A stretch of DNA of 54,446 nt from Atractiella rhizophila. Its lineage: Eukaryota. The stretch's first letter is position 1. Every line of letters begins with the position of its first letter. Under the pieces are notes generated by a model. It saw only the letters and a list, made by a program, of their open reading frames with translations, was not told where the DNA came from and made no database searches. Where the stretch lies: contig MU271450.1 in NCBI GenBank assembly GCA_021432655.1, positions 1 to 54,446 on the forward strand, written 5' to 3'. Positions 24,354 to 36,656 of the stretch are shown piece after piece. A program made the translations under genes and the position numbers.

Positions 24354-24524
24354 TGCTTCATATGATCCTCCCAATGCGATAAGAGACAAAGCTGCATGCA
24401 TTGAAAAAATCACATCTAGAAAACTGACAAGCTGAAATTCAAGGCAACATAATTTGTACATTGTTTCTCGAAGCTCAACAAGAGCAGAGTATTACTGATG
24501 ACACGATCGTCCACCAAGGAAGAT

Positions 24525-24750
24525 TTAAGTGGCGGCTGATCACACCTTCAGCGGCTCTCACAAGTCACGGGCTAAGAATCTAATAACGACTTCTAATACA
24601 ACTTCTTCAGGTAAAATGTGTTGCACTTCGTAAATTTCAATTTTGAATCCACTCTTGGTTTTTTCCTACAATGACGAATCAGACGATTCAAGGAAAGTGA
24701 AGGAAATTTACAATGAATCGCCAGTGATTAGTAGTGGCGGATGGCTCCAT
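24525..24750 (-). CDS. Microprotein family copy 10 (48 aa; second intron only 33 nt)
   Basis: Exons 24750-24712, 24665-24569, 24535-24525; MEPSATTNHWRFI|EKTKSGFKIEIYEVQHILPEEVVLEVVIRFLA|PAT*, or RDL* if intron 2 is retained. Confidence 0.8.
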
Positions 24751-27358
24751 TCTAGGAGGCAAATGAGTAATAGGGGATTGGTGTTGTTGACGCCACAGTA
24801 TGGTAAATGTTTTTGTCGTGGTGGTTAAGAGCGAGAGTGAGGGTTTTATCCCTGCCTCACCTTCGTTTACTAGTGACTAGCTCGTCCCTCTCGTTTGATC
24901 AAAGTGTTCTACGAAGCTGTTTAGCTGTCGACGTTCCTTATTGCTACGTGATGGATGTAAGCTCCCTTCGCACACCCGACATCTCCTCTATTCCGGAAAA
25001 ATGGATGTAATAGTAGGGTTCGTCGCTTGTCAACGACTTCGCCAGGTGACAACGCTGGTGTTGGTGGATCTGAACTCTGAACCAGTCAAATCAGGGAGAA
25101 ACCTTTCATGTGTACATATCGACGTAGGCAGTAAATAGGGAACTTTTTCGGGTTTGGGAATCCTCCAAACCATTGATTCACCCCACTTGTCGGAATCATA
25201 ACACCGGTCTACCCGGCGACGGGTAGTGGTGGAGGAAGGAGGGCTCGAAGGTTTGGAACCCTGAGGCGGGTTACCCCTGCGCGGCGAGACCGTTCTGATG
25301 GTTGAGGAACTGCAAGCTTGAATACTATTGCTTGGTTCCCTGGCCCCGGAAAATGGTGACTTCGATGGAACAACGTCAAATTTCGTCCAAGCCAACTGAT
25401 CTGTTTTCTCGATCGCATCCTCGCGGAAACAGATGGAGCTGAAAAGCCAGGGCGAGAAGTTTTGATACTCAAGTGCTATGCAGTTATGTAGCTTTGTCAA
25501 AGTGGTGCCAAGTGGAAACAAAACGTCATGAGGGTCACTTCACTCCTTTCCTCGACCCATCGGAACGTTGAAAATGTCGAGACCGTGAACGTCTACATCC
25601 ATGAGCCTCTATTCCTTCCACGCGAGGCAAATATAGCAGTCATCACTTCAAAAGTGCCCAAAGCTGCCACTGGGCGACATGTGGAAAATACGTGGGGAAT
25701 TGATCATCAACACCTCCATTCTCTTGATCCTTCGCGCAGACGCGTGCCCAAGCATAAGCAGAAGGAAGAACGGACGAACGCAAATCCTTCGCGGGAATTT
25801 GTGGAGTGGAGGATTGAGAATCAGATGTCAAACCGGCTCCCCTTCCAAAGTAGACTGAGCATCTATTTCCGAGAATTTACAGTGTGCAATTCGCTCTGAC
25901 GTCGCTTGCTCTGCCTCCTGTTGCCCCGTGCGTGCTTGTGTGCTGTACCTCTTACTTATTGTGACAAAGGAATGTGCTTAACGACAGTAGCCCTAGGGTT
26001 TCAAGCAGAGTGTCTCTCGCTCTACGAGGGTGTGGTTCCGAGTCGCCTATGAGTGTGGCCAAGTTTGAAAACTAGCCTCCAGTCTGGAGACATCAACGAC
26101 GGCTCATCGATCTGAGGTTCCAAGTTCCAATTGAGCCTCTCTTCGGCGAGCTCTTCTTTTCCATCTCCCCTTTCATTCTTCCGTATCTGCCGCCACACGA
26201 TCATTGACGGCATGAAAAGCGGTTTGGTTGAAGCACTCCTTTGGCCAGAACATTGCTTGCAAGTTCCCTTCGCCCTTCGACGACATTTCCCATCTTCCCG
26301 CTGGAAGGGATCGCCTGGCTCTGCGGGTGGGTCCGCACTCACACCCTCATCCCAATCACATCAAAAAATCGAATTCCTTCCATCCTCCTCCACTGTCACC
26401 TCCCTCCATCTCCTCCCCCTCCGCTAAACTTTACCGATCGCTCTTTTTCCTTTGTTCCATATGATTAGAGAGGTTTCGAGGACATTCGCCGCTTACCTTA
26501 TCGCTTCATCAATACTGGAGATGGTGAGAGGCGTTCAGCGGTGACTGAACAACGAGTGGGACGAAGCGCCGCAAGTTAACTTTACCTACGATTTGCAAGT
26601 AATCATATTATTTACCATTCCCTCAGTTGCATGCACTTCCGTCGTAGTTCGGCGACACGTTCAACTTTACCGTAAAAGTTCAGCTAAAGCAGGTCTTCGA
26701 AGATAATTTCCCAAAGAGCTCTCGTACTTTTCAACGTTCCCTTCCTCTTCCAGGTATGGACCCGCGGTTTCGAGCCGTGCAGCGTTGGGAATGTTTCGCC
26801 TTCATTCTCAACCTTGAAAACCTTTCCTACCACTCTGATTGTTTGGATCCGCTTCGCTCACAGCTCAAGGCTTGACAGTGTAGAGGATCATGTTGTAAAC
26901 ATGTGCTGTTGCCATTGGTGCATTCGTTTATGGATTTTCAAGTTATTCATTGTCTTTGATTTGAAAAAGGAAAACAGTCGAGGCGGTACTTTAGAATTCG
27001 AGTTTCTGTCCTTTCTATCACTCTATAAATGCTTACCTGTCCAGTGTTGTCCGCTAACTCTTACAACACAAATACTGACTGTCACGATACGTCTTGATAT
27101 TCCGGTCCCTGAAGCTTAGAACAGGCAGAAGGACAAATAGTGTGGACACGGTTCCTTCTGCTTAATTCACGTTCGTTTAACTAGTTGTGCTTCATATGAT
27201 CCTCCCAATGCGATAAGAGACAAAGCTGCTTGCATTAAGAAACTCACATCTAGAAAACTGACAAGCTGAAATTCAAGGCAACATAATTTGGACATTGTTT
27301 CTCGAAGCTCAACAAGAGCAGAGTATTACTAATGACACGATCGTCCACCAAGGAAGAT

Positions 27359-27632
27359 TTAAGTGGCGGCTGATCACACCTTCAGCGGCTCTCACAAGCC
27401 ACGGCGAATCTAATAACGACTTCCAAATCTAATAACGACTTCCAAATCTAATAACGACTTCCCAATACAACGTCTAATCAGGTCTTCAGGCAAAACGTGC
27501 TGCACTCCGTTGATGTCGATTTTGTATCCGCTCGCGGTTTTTTCCTACGTCATGACGAATCGGACGGTTCAAGGAAAGGTGTGGGAAACTTGCAACGAAT
27601 CTCCAGTCCCTAGTAGTGGGGTATGGCTCCAT
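27359..27632 (-). pseudogene. Microprotein family copy 11, frameshifted by an insertion and a 19-bp triplication
   Basis: MEPYPTTRDWRFV|(GCAAGT..TAG intron)|EKTASGYKIDINGVQHVLPED then out of frame LIRRCIGKSLLDLEVVIRFGSRY* (stop at 27410). Confidence 0.78.
27407..27462. repeat. 19-bp tandem triplication AATCTAATAACGACTTCCA
   Basis: Three consecutive units. The paralog at ~24577-24595 has a single unit. Confidence 0.95.
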
Positions 27633-30348
27633 TCTATTAGGCTAATGATTAATGGGATAGGATTGGTTGATGTCCAGGTACGGGTACGGGAAGTGTTACT
27701 GTCGCTTTTATTACTGTAAGAGACCACAGAATGGGGTTTCTATCCATTTCCGGCGAGGTAACTTGGCCGTCAGTTTCGTTTGAAGGTCCTACGAAGCAAT
27801 AAACAAAGTCATCCATATCCCGTAGATGTTTCGTGTGTCAGATACTTCCTCCGAAGCGAGGCTGCCCCACCTGAAGACACAGCGAGTCTCGTGTCAACCT
27901 GCCAATGTTGGACATCTCGAAGCCCACCATTCCTAATCTCCACTCTGCTTTATGTCAGCGTAAATTGCACTCCAAATATTGCCCGATTCTTAGTAGATTG
28001 AATCGCCCATCGGAAATGGGGACCTTGAGGGATTGAACAGTGCCACATCGACGCGAGACCCTAAGAACTTTCGATAGCATCTCGGCGGAAAATAATCCAG
28101 CTGGAAGGTCAAGTTTTGATCCCAAACGTCAGAACTGACAACTTTCGGGCCTCCAATTGGCAGGTGTGGGAACTGTGTCAAAGCCGGACTAATTTGGAAA
28201 CAACACATCATCAAGTCACCGTCACAAGCTCACTCAATCTGGCTGAACGTTGAGAGCGTTCAGAATGTTGAGAACGAGAACGGGACATTGATGAGCTTCT
28301 GCAACTCAAACATGAAACAAGAATTGTAAATACTCAAAGGGCAGAGTTCAAAGATGCTGGGGTGAGTGGAAATACGAAGGTAATTAGCCCTCAACGTCTC
28401 TTGATTCTTCGCGCAGACGTAATCAAAGCATACCCAGGTATTTACGAACCCAAACCCTTCGCCAGAGTTTAGGGCGTGGAGCGTTGAGAACCAGCCAGCA
28501 AACCGCCCCTCTTTAAATATAGACTGTGAGCTTCCATTTCCGAGACTTTACAGGCTCTCGACTTTCTCTGACGCTGCTCGCCTGTCTCCTGCTGCCCCTT
28601 TCGTGCCTGTGTGTAGCTCTTACTCCTTGGATCTCAGTTGAATTGATCTCTCTTTGATCTTGGTATAGGTTCGGTTCTGACTCGTCCTCATCCACTAGGT
28701 GGATGGATTTGGTAGAGGTGAAAAGGAGGCCTCTTAAAAGACAATTGCCATTTCGTTCTAGGACGATGAGGGCATATATGCCTTCCACTTTCATTACATT
28801 CGGTCTAAGCTTGAATCTCTTTCTTTCTGCTTGCGTTTTTCTTATCACTCAGCTTCCTTAGTGAAAAAGCGAGCTCCTTGCAAGTGTGAGACCATCATCT
28901 AATTGTTTCTCACACCTTGCAGTCCCACTTCGCAGCCCTCGTACTTAGATCAGAGTGTCTCTCACCTGCCAGCATGTAGTTCAAGCTTGAGAGCACACTT
29001 TCATTCCAGTGGCCAACCTGCAGACATCTACTGCCGCTCAGGCGATCTGACTTTCCTCCAAGGGCCAAATGAAGCCGTGATCTCTCTTGCTGAGCACTCC
29101 CTTTCCATCTCATTTGTTCTTCGGCATCCGCATTCCAATGCGCCGCCACACTATCATTGATTGCATGGCGAGTGGTTTGATTGAAGCGGAGGATTCCTTT
29201 TGGCTTGAAACATTGCTTGCAAGTTCCCTTCGCCCTTCAACGACTTTCCCAGTCACTCCTTTCCTCCTCCAGTCTTCACGTTGGACGAGATGCTTATCCC
29301 CATCAAAGGTAAAACACGAGTTCCTTCCATCCTCCTGCACCTTCTGCCCCCTTATCTCCTCCACCTCCGATAAAATCTACCAATCACTCCTTTCCATTGC
29401 CTCATATAATTAGAGAGGTTCTACGGCCGCTCGCCACCTCCTTCATCGCGCTTTATTAACAAGCCTTAATGCTGGAGATGGCACGACGGCGTTCGGCGAT
29501 GATTAAACGAACGAATAGGACGAAGCGCAAGCTAGCAATCATGATATTTGCCATTGCGAAGTTGCAACATCTCCGCAATTGAAACGTGCCAAATTGGTCT
29601 CCAGGTCGTCCCTTGCCGTCATGTTTGGTTTCCTATTTTTGATCCGCTGCCTCCGCCTCAGGTCCACAATCTCTCACAATCTGTGCGCTTCCGTCCTAGC
29701 TCTGCGACACGTTGAAGTTCAGAGGTAAAAGTTCAGCTGAGCAGGGCCCTGAAGACAGTTTCTCAAAGTTCTCCCATGATATTACTCACAGTTCGCATCA
29801 TGATCCTGTTCCACATCCCGACCTTCCAGCCGTACCGTGTCGGAGCTCACTTTCAGTCTTGATAGAACCTTTCCGCTTCGCTCAAACAGATCAAGGCTCA
29901 ATAAGGATCGAAGAGGATCATGTTGCAATATATGCCATTGTTGTATCTGTTACAGAATTTTACTCGCTGTATTTGAGCTTGATGGAAAACAGAGGAGACT
30001 ATTTAAACCATTTGTACTTTCATCGCTCGCTCTGTAAAGGTTGACAGTCCATTGTTGGCCGCTACCTCGATGCAGCGCAGATCTTAAATTCCGGGCCTTG
30101 AAGCGTAGACGAGAGGCAGCCAAGGACAAACAATGTGAAGACGTTGCCTCTGCTTCGTCCGCGTTCATTGGACTAGTTGGGCTTCATATGATACATTGCG
30201 ACACGAGACAGAGCTGAGTACATTTCGAAACAAATACAGGTAGGAAAAATGCAAGCTGAGATTCGGGGCTACATAGATCGTAGCTTGTTCTCGAAGTTCA
30301 ACAGGAGCCGTTGAATCACCGATGATGGTATAGTACACTGAAGAAGAT

Positions 30349-30593
30349 TCAAGTGGCAGCTAATCACATCTTCAGCGTCTATCATCAAAGAGATAAGAGA
30401 GAACCCACCGGCGAACAACCTAATAGCGACCTCCAAAATAACTTCTTCAGGCAAAACGTGTTCCAACCCGTCGATTTCGATTTTGAATCCGCTCTCGGTT
30501 TGTTCCTACAAAACGACGAATCAGATGGCTCAAGGAAAGTCGAGGGTGACCTACAATGTATCTCCAGTGGCTAGTGTTGGAGGATGGGTCCAT
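30349..30593 (-). CDS. Microprotein family copy 12 (3 exons, 48 aa)
   Basis: Exons 30593-30555, 30505-30409, 30359-30349; MDPSSNTSHWRYI|EQTESGFKIEIDGLEHVLPEEVILEVAIRLFA|AAT*. Confidence 0.85.
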
Positions 30594-30810
30594 TAGAGGG
30601 ACTAATGGATAATGGGATAGGATTGATTGTGTGGTCAATAAGAGAGTCAAAGTGGGGCTTTTATCGAAATATTGTTTGGTAGGTGACTTGGCGTCTCTCA
30701 ATTAATGGGGTATTACGCTAACGAAGGAATTCGCAGCACTATGACGGGTTGGGGTTGGGATTGCTCATCCCACTCGCGCGTCCGACATACTTCCTCCGCG
30801 TCAACGCTAC

Positions 30811-31001
30811 TGAACAAGGTGAACGAGGGAATTGATGACCTAAACCAGTCAATGGCGCCTCGCCTCAACCTGCCAGCGTTGGAAGGTCAGGTTTGAATGT
30901 GTACCATGAACAAGGTGAACGAGGGAATTGATGACCTAAACCAGTCAATGGCGCCTCGCCTCAACCTGCCAGCGTTGGAAGGTCAGGTTTGAATGTGTAC
31001 C
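30811..31001. repeat. Perfect tandem duplication, 96-bp period
   Basis: TGAACAAGGTGAACGAGGG...GAATGTGTACC at 30811-30905 and 30907-31001. Confidence 0.95.
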
Positions 31002-31829
31002 TCCAAGTATCCATTGGTTGCGGAAGCATAACAGGCTCTCCGACAAGCAGATTGAATTCTCTGGAGAAGATAGATACTGCAGGAGAAGGTAGAGCACATC
31101 CGGCACCTTCCTACGGAAAGAGTTCCTGCCAATGTCTGTCCAAAAATGAAAAGGTCAACATTTCAAAATATCGACATTGAAGCTCAGGACTTGTCATTCA
31201 TCGGGCCACCTGTTGTAGTAATCGTGATATAGCTGAATTATTGTATTTTGGAACCAGTTTCATCAAGTCCCTTTCATTGCTCATTCAACCTGACAGGCGA
31301 TAGAACCTTGAAAAAGCCTCAATTATGAGCCTCAGAAGAACTAACATGAAACACAAATGCGAACACTGCACTAGTGGGCGCGCTGGAAATACGAAGTTAA
31401 CGTTCCAGCTCTGGCAAGCTGTAGCAATTCTTCGCGGCCGATGTATACAGAGAAAGGAACGCACGAACGCAACCCTGACACCAGCAATTCAACCGATAGG
31501 TCTTGGACTCCCAACAAATACGCAGATACGACTCCCATTCGAGAACTCACAGCCATCCATCGGCCTCTGCATCGGCCTCAGTGATACCTGGCTCCCATCT
31601 CCTTCCTTCTTCTCCTTGCTGCGGCGTGGATTGTGCTTACGTAGCTTGGGCCTAGTGAGTCAGTGGTGGATAGTCTGGGTTCCAACTTCCAACGCCGCTC
31701 CTAAAAGGATTTGTCTTTGTCGCTTATCCTCGTTGAGGAGGGGCATTCGCCCTAAAGCTTCAACACCGTCGGAAAGGTACATTTTCCTCAGTCTCCTGTG
31801 GAGTGACTTCGGATATCAGTGGCAGGCAT

Positions 31830-33070
31830 TACGCTTTCATTTCATTCCAACACCAACCTGCAGACATCTCCACGTGCTCTTGCTCAGGCACTTCCACGCA
31901 TGCTTATCTCCAAGTTCCGATTCGAGCCGTTATTAGCGGAGCTCACGTTTTCCGTCTCCAGTCTCCTTGTTCTTTTTCTTCGGCGTCCGCCTTCCCGTTC
32001 CACCGCACTACGCTTCTTCGAGGTAGATGTTTCGGCCCATCGTCCCAGTTGCTACGTCGCTTACAATTCCCCTACGCCTTTTGACGATGTTTCCCAATCT
32101 CTCCGTTCCTCCTCCAGCCTTCCCGCCGGAAGAGAGGCATGGCTCTTTGTCTTCGGCGCGCGTCCCAACTGGTTCTCGCCCTGCCTCCCCTCTCATCAAC
32201 ATGAGCACAACCAACGCTACCTCCACCCCTTCCCCCTCAACCCCTCCGTCTCATCTGACTTCCGCCAAACCCTAGGCTTCACTCCCACTCCTTAGCAGCC
32301 CATACTCTCTTCCAGCCATTAAAGCACTGTAATCGCTGCACGCCATTTCATCCCTGACCTCATCCTCCAGTCCAACGACGCCTACGACGGCAAATAACAA
32401 AGGGGATGATGAGAATGAAGGTGGGGAAGCAACACCGCAGATGAGAGGACATATTGAAAGCGAGACTGAGGTTTACTGATGAATATGCGTCACTCGTTCC
32501 TGTGGACGCCAGCGTGTTCCGGAAAGGTTCGAACAGTACGGCTTCCTCGGTGGTAGAGGGAAGGGAAACTGTGTCTGACAAAGATCAGCTACGATTAAGG
32601 GACTGCGGGGAGAGCGGGGGAGAGCGAAGTGCATGAGTGCGGCAGCACCTCCTGCTCAGAACCGTTTCGGACTAATCGAACCACTTGGAACCTTCGTCTG
32701 GCTTAGGAAATGGCAAAGGCGGACCGAGAGAAGTGGCAGAAGGACTAATGAAGACGGTGAGAGACGTTGAGTTGAAAATATGGTGATTAGTGGGAATAAG
32801 GATATAGAAGAACGAAAGCGAGAATGTAGAGTCTGCGCAAGTTGTCGAGGTAGGAGAGGAATCGAAAGTGGACCGCTCGGAGGAGCAGCGGGGAGGGCTG
32901 GGCGATCCGACACCTCTGTCTTTGCCCGTGGGAAAGACGATTGATTGGTACTGAAAGATGAGAGTAATTTAGGCGGAGAGAATTAACGGGGAAAGGGAGG
33001 ATGCAGATTCGGTGAGTGTTTCCTAGCCGCGTCACGTAGCGTGGAGGTTCTTTGTTGAGGTTTTGCATTC
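31830..33070 (+). pseudogene. OGG1: Decayed OGG1 relic
   Basis: YLHPFP..SVSSDFRQTLGF (cf. OGG1 YHxFP..LRxLGFGYRA), VPVDASVFR and QYGFLGGRGKG. 32880-33060 aligns with the OGG1 3' end at about 12250-12435. Confidence 0.68.
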
Positions 33071-33638
33071 TACGTGAAAAGAATGGAAATGTCCCCGGGT
33101 AGCTTGAGGTCAATTCACGGCATCATAGTAGCTTTAAAGTCCATTTCACTCCTTGCGATGAAGTTGCTCGATTTAGTTGATTCTTGTACGTCCTGCACCG
33201 GACATCTCAATCATTGTTCCTTATTTGTGTCTCCATCTGATGTTGGCAATCAAGTTCTTGCCTCGACGAGGAAGTCCAGTTCACTGCCTCCCAGTATACG
33301 GTGTGGTAGAATCGGTTTCTTGAAGTTAACAACATATGTTCCAGATTCGTTTCTTGTTCTCAACGTCTGCGTAAGATGGTTTCATTGCCTCACTGCACGT
33401 CGACCTAGCTTCATTCTTGGGGAGTAATAAGGCATAAAGAATTTTGGATTCATTTCCCGCTATGGACACCCTCTCATGTCACACAGGAACACAATTAAAG
33501 AGTTTTTGATAAACCAGTCTTTTGATACGTGCCCTAACAAAAAAGGAGGGGTCGAGACCGACACGTGATTTTGAAGAAAGAGTGAAGAATGTTTCTTGAT
33601 GTACAACTGAAGCAGTTGTGCGAGAAAGCTTTTCCACT

Positions 33639-33891
33639 TCACCTGAAAAGGACTTCTAAACCGCTCTCTACCCAGTTCTTGAGTTTATTTTATCAAAGAA
33701 GAAGAAAACGCACGGTCCAGGAGCGCAAAGAGAACTCCACGCATGACGTCTTCCTGGACAAAGTATAGCTCCTCGTTTACTTCAAGTATATAGCCCCCTT
33801 CCGTCTTATCCTATGAAAGGGCATAAATACGGATGGCTGGACGGAGGCGGTCAGCGCTTACGACAAATCTCCACTGGCTAGCTGGTTCCAT
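33639..33891 (-). CDS. Microprotein family copy 13 (10-codon exon 1; last acceptor ambiguous)
   Basis: Exons 33891-33862 and 33810-33714; MEPASQWRFV|DKTEGGYILEVNEELYFVQEDVMRGVLFALLD| then QSGLEVLFR* or PV* depending on the AG used (the ancestral RAV* codons GA GCG GTT TAG are still visible). TATAAA at 33969-33964. Confidence 0.78.
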
Positions 33892-35323
33892 GTTGAAAGT
33901 CTCCTTCAGTCAGCAATTAGTAGGTCAGAATTTTGTGGAGAGTGGAACCAGGTTGCCTGCGCTTTTATATCCAACTCCCGTGTCGTGGTAGCAGACGAAA
34001 TCAGCGCATCTCAGGGCTTGTCTTCCCACCTGGAGGCTGGGCTCCGGAAAGTAATGCTTACGGAGCCGATGAAATCTTTGAAGTTCGAGTATCTCATTGC
34101 TATTGTCAGTTCCGCATGTAAGAGCGTAAGCACGAGAAGAACGAGGCGCACGACTCTCTTGAACGGGAGGAACGAGTCGTTTCTCGCAAACAATGCCAAA
34201 TGAACGAATGCATATGAAGTCGAGCCATATCGCTTCTTGTTCCTTGCGAAGTCCAGACGAAACTTGGTGCAGGAGCGTGCAGAAGTGTGTACGAGGTGAA
34301 CGAGAAATAAAGTTTTGAATTATCGTCCAATGTCAAAACTGTACGCCGTCATTCGGAACAATGAACCATATGCGCGCCAATGTTAGCTTCTACAAAATTA
34401 CTTGACAATATCGGCGGCGTTGCCCTGCTCCTCGCCCGTGCGTGCCTTCTCAATCTCATCGTCAACAAAGCAATCAATGCGCCAGTTCTCAATCCGTTGC
34501 AGGTCTTGAACTCAATGGAAATACATGATTTCTTGTCAGACATTTGCTGCCACGCTCAAACCCGGGGACTGAGCCTTTCCACTCCTCAGACTCTTCGCAT
34601 CCCTGTGGAAGCAGACTGGATTGACAGTCGTGTTATCCATCCTCTGAAGCTGCCTCAAGCCTTCAGTATCAGTGGTGTGTCAACAACATCCCTCTCTTTT
34701 GACAATTGAAAAAGCTCAATTCGGTCTCATCCTTTCGTGCTCTTGTGTGTCCAATCCGTTCGTCTCGGTCCGTTGTCTTTGACCAGCCTCGGCATCATGA
34801 AGAGGCAAGCAACGGCTTTGGTGCATTAATCAATCGAGACAATGATATCAATCAATCAATTGGCACAAATCCAGACAAAGAAAAACAAAAGCAGACAACA
34901 CAAAGCACCGGGGAGGAGTCAGATCTGGCTAGCCAGAGCAAAATACAGATCATTGGTCAAAGAAGCACACTGTGAGTGAAGGCACAGGTATATGCCCAGT
35001 CTTGCATGAAAGTGTAGATGTTGCTCGTAACCGTATGGTAGGTGCAAAGAAGGAATAGCAGGGGTGAATGGGTTGGTTGCTGTTACTTCATCCATGTCGT
35101 GCTTCAGGTAATCTTCATATCATATAGTAAAAGGAACAATTAAACACAATTGGACGAAGTTTCTCCGTTCTATAGACTAAACAAACCAATTCTTGAAGAA
35201 GAGTTGGTAAGCTAAAAGTAGGACAATGGAGAGAGCTGGGCATGGAAGTGACGACTGGTGTCTGTCTCGAGGTAAAGCCAGAAGAATTGCATATCTTATT
35301 TTGCACATCAACTGAGATGGACT

Positions 35324-35571
35324 TCAAACCGCCCCTAGTGCACCGCTTCAGGTTCTTCGCTATCAAGAAGGAAGACTGAACACACGGGCAAGCAATCCGG
35401 CGAGAACAGTGAGCACCATTTCTTCAGGGCAAAAGTGATGCTCGCCGTCTACTTCTATGATGTATCCCTCTGCAGTTTTTTCCTACAAAGGGAATTAGAC
35501 AGGCAACTGAAATAAACGTGAGGAAGACTAACGACAAAGCACCATCTACTATAATCACCAGACGCCTCCAT
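35324..35571 (-). CDS. Microprotein family copy 14 (3 exons, 48 aa)
   Basis: Exons 35571-35533, 35482-35386, 35334-35324; MEASGDYSRWCFV|EKTAEGYIIEVDGEHHFCPEEMVLTVLAGLLA|RAV*; TATAAA at 35684-35679. Confidence 0.87.
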
Positions 35572-36656
35572 TTGAGGATTCTTCTTGAGATAGAAAATAA
35601 TGCCACATCAGGTGAAAAGTGAGGGGTGAGTGAGGAGCGCAGTATGAGGTGTGAGAAGAAGAGAGCAAAATCTTCATTTTTATACCTGCGCAACTTGACT
35701 GGTGATGTTTGCTTTTGGTGATTCTGTTTCCTTTCCAGTCCCAAACCTGATCGGATCTCACATCTACATGTCTGCTCACGAGGAGAACACGCACTTGGAG
35801 ACAGGAACAAAAGAACAGAATCTAATTCAAATCTCGACCTTCGAACTTGCAACTGCCTTCCGACGCACGGGATTCCTCCTAAATTCAATGGTTCCCACTA
35901 AGTTTGAATGCACGAATGGCAAAGACAGTGATCAGATTGGGCACTCCAAACCACCTTCGATGTGAAAAGATTCAGACTTAATGGCAGAACCCAGATCTTT
36001 TGGGGGTCCCGATAGATGGATTCCAGTGTCAAATCAAAACGCGATCATGGTGTTGTGCAACTTCCTGTCTCCAACTTCACGCGTTCCAAATTGTACAAAT
36101 GAACCCAATTCTATGGGCTCGCTATCTCGGTGTCCTGCGACACAACAATCGCCGTTGGAACAGGTCCAAAACAGCTGGGTAGCGTGGAAAAACAAAAGTC
36201 ACCGAACCCCTCTTCTCTTCACTTACATGCTACAAGACATAACGCGCGAGCGCATGCTTTTTCTCCGCTGACTGTTGACGATCAATAAAACATCAGTGAT
36301 TATTATTAACCAATATGGATCAATAGTCATCCCGCTCCTACAACCCAACTCAATCTGCGAAGAGGTACAATACGGAAACGAGATGGATGAGGCAAGAGAA
36401 TATCAGTCTGAAAGGGTTACGATTTCTCGGAAATGGGAGTAGCGTCTAATTAGCAGAGTACCTCGCACTTTGTGGCCTCATGCTCAATCAGAGAAGGAAG
36501 AAGGAGACAGGACAGTTAGGAACTGAAAGTAAACGGAAGGCGTCATCCGTGGAGCCCCTTTATTTCCATGATGGATTGATGTTGAGGCATATTAAGTGGC
36601 TGTTTGCGTTCTACCAACCGACCTGCAGAGACCTGCTCGTGTCAAGCATGCTTATC

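Larger units (their letters stand above)
23600..33270. repeat. Three diverged ~3-kb tandem units (about 23600-26570, 26570-29530, 29530-33270), each with a minus-strand microprotein gene and a plus-strand OGG1-like relic
   Basis: Shared anchors: GCGACACGTT..GTAAAAGTT at ~23860/26650/29705, AAGCTGAAATTC..TTGTTTCTCGAAG at ~24430/27260/30255, and CATTGCTTGCAAGTTCCCTTCGCCCTTC at ~26251/29211 (diverged at ~32050). Boundaries are approximate. Confidence 0.8.

Noticed and set aside
27407..27462. Short repeats as a CRISPR-like array
   Set aside because: The units are contiguous with no spacers, in a eukaryotic context. This is simple slippage.
31325..31936. 203-aa ORF (and the 227-aa minus ORF at 48288-48971)
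   Set aside because: The frames are not conserved between paralogous units and overlap decayed OGG1-related sequence.
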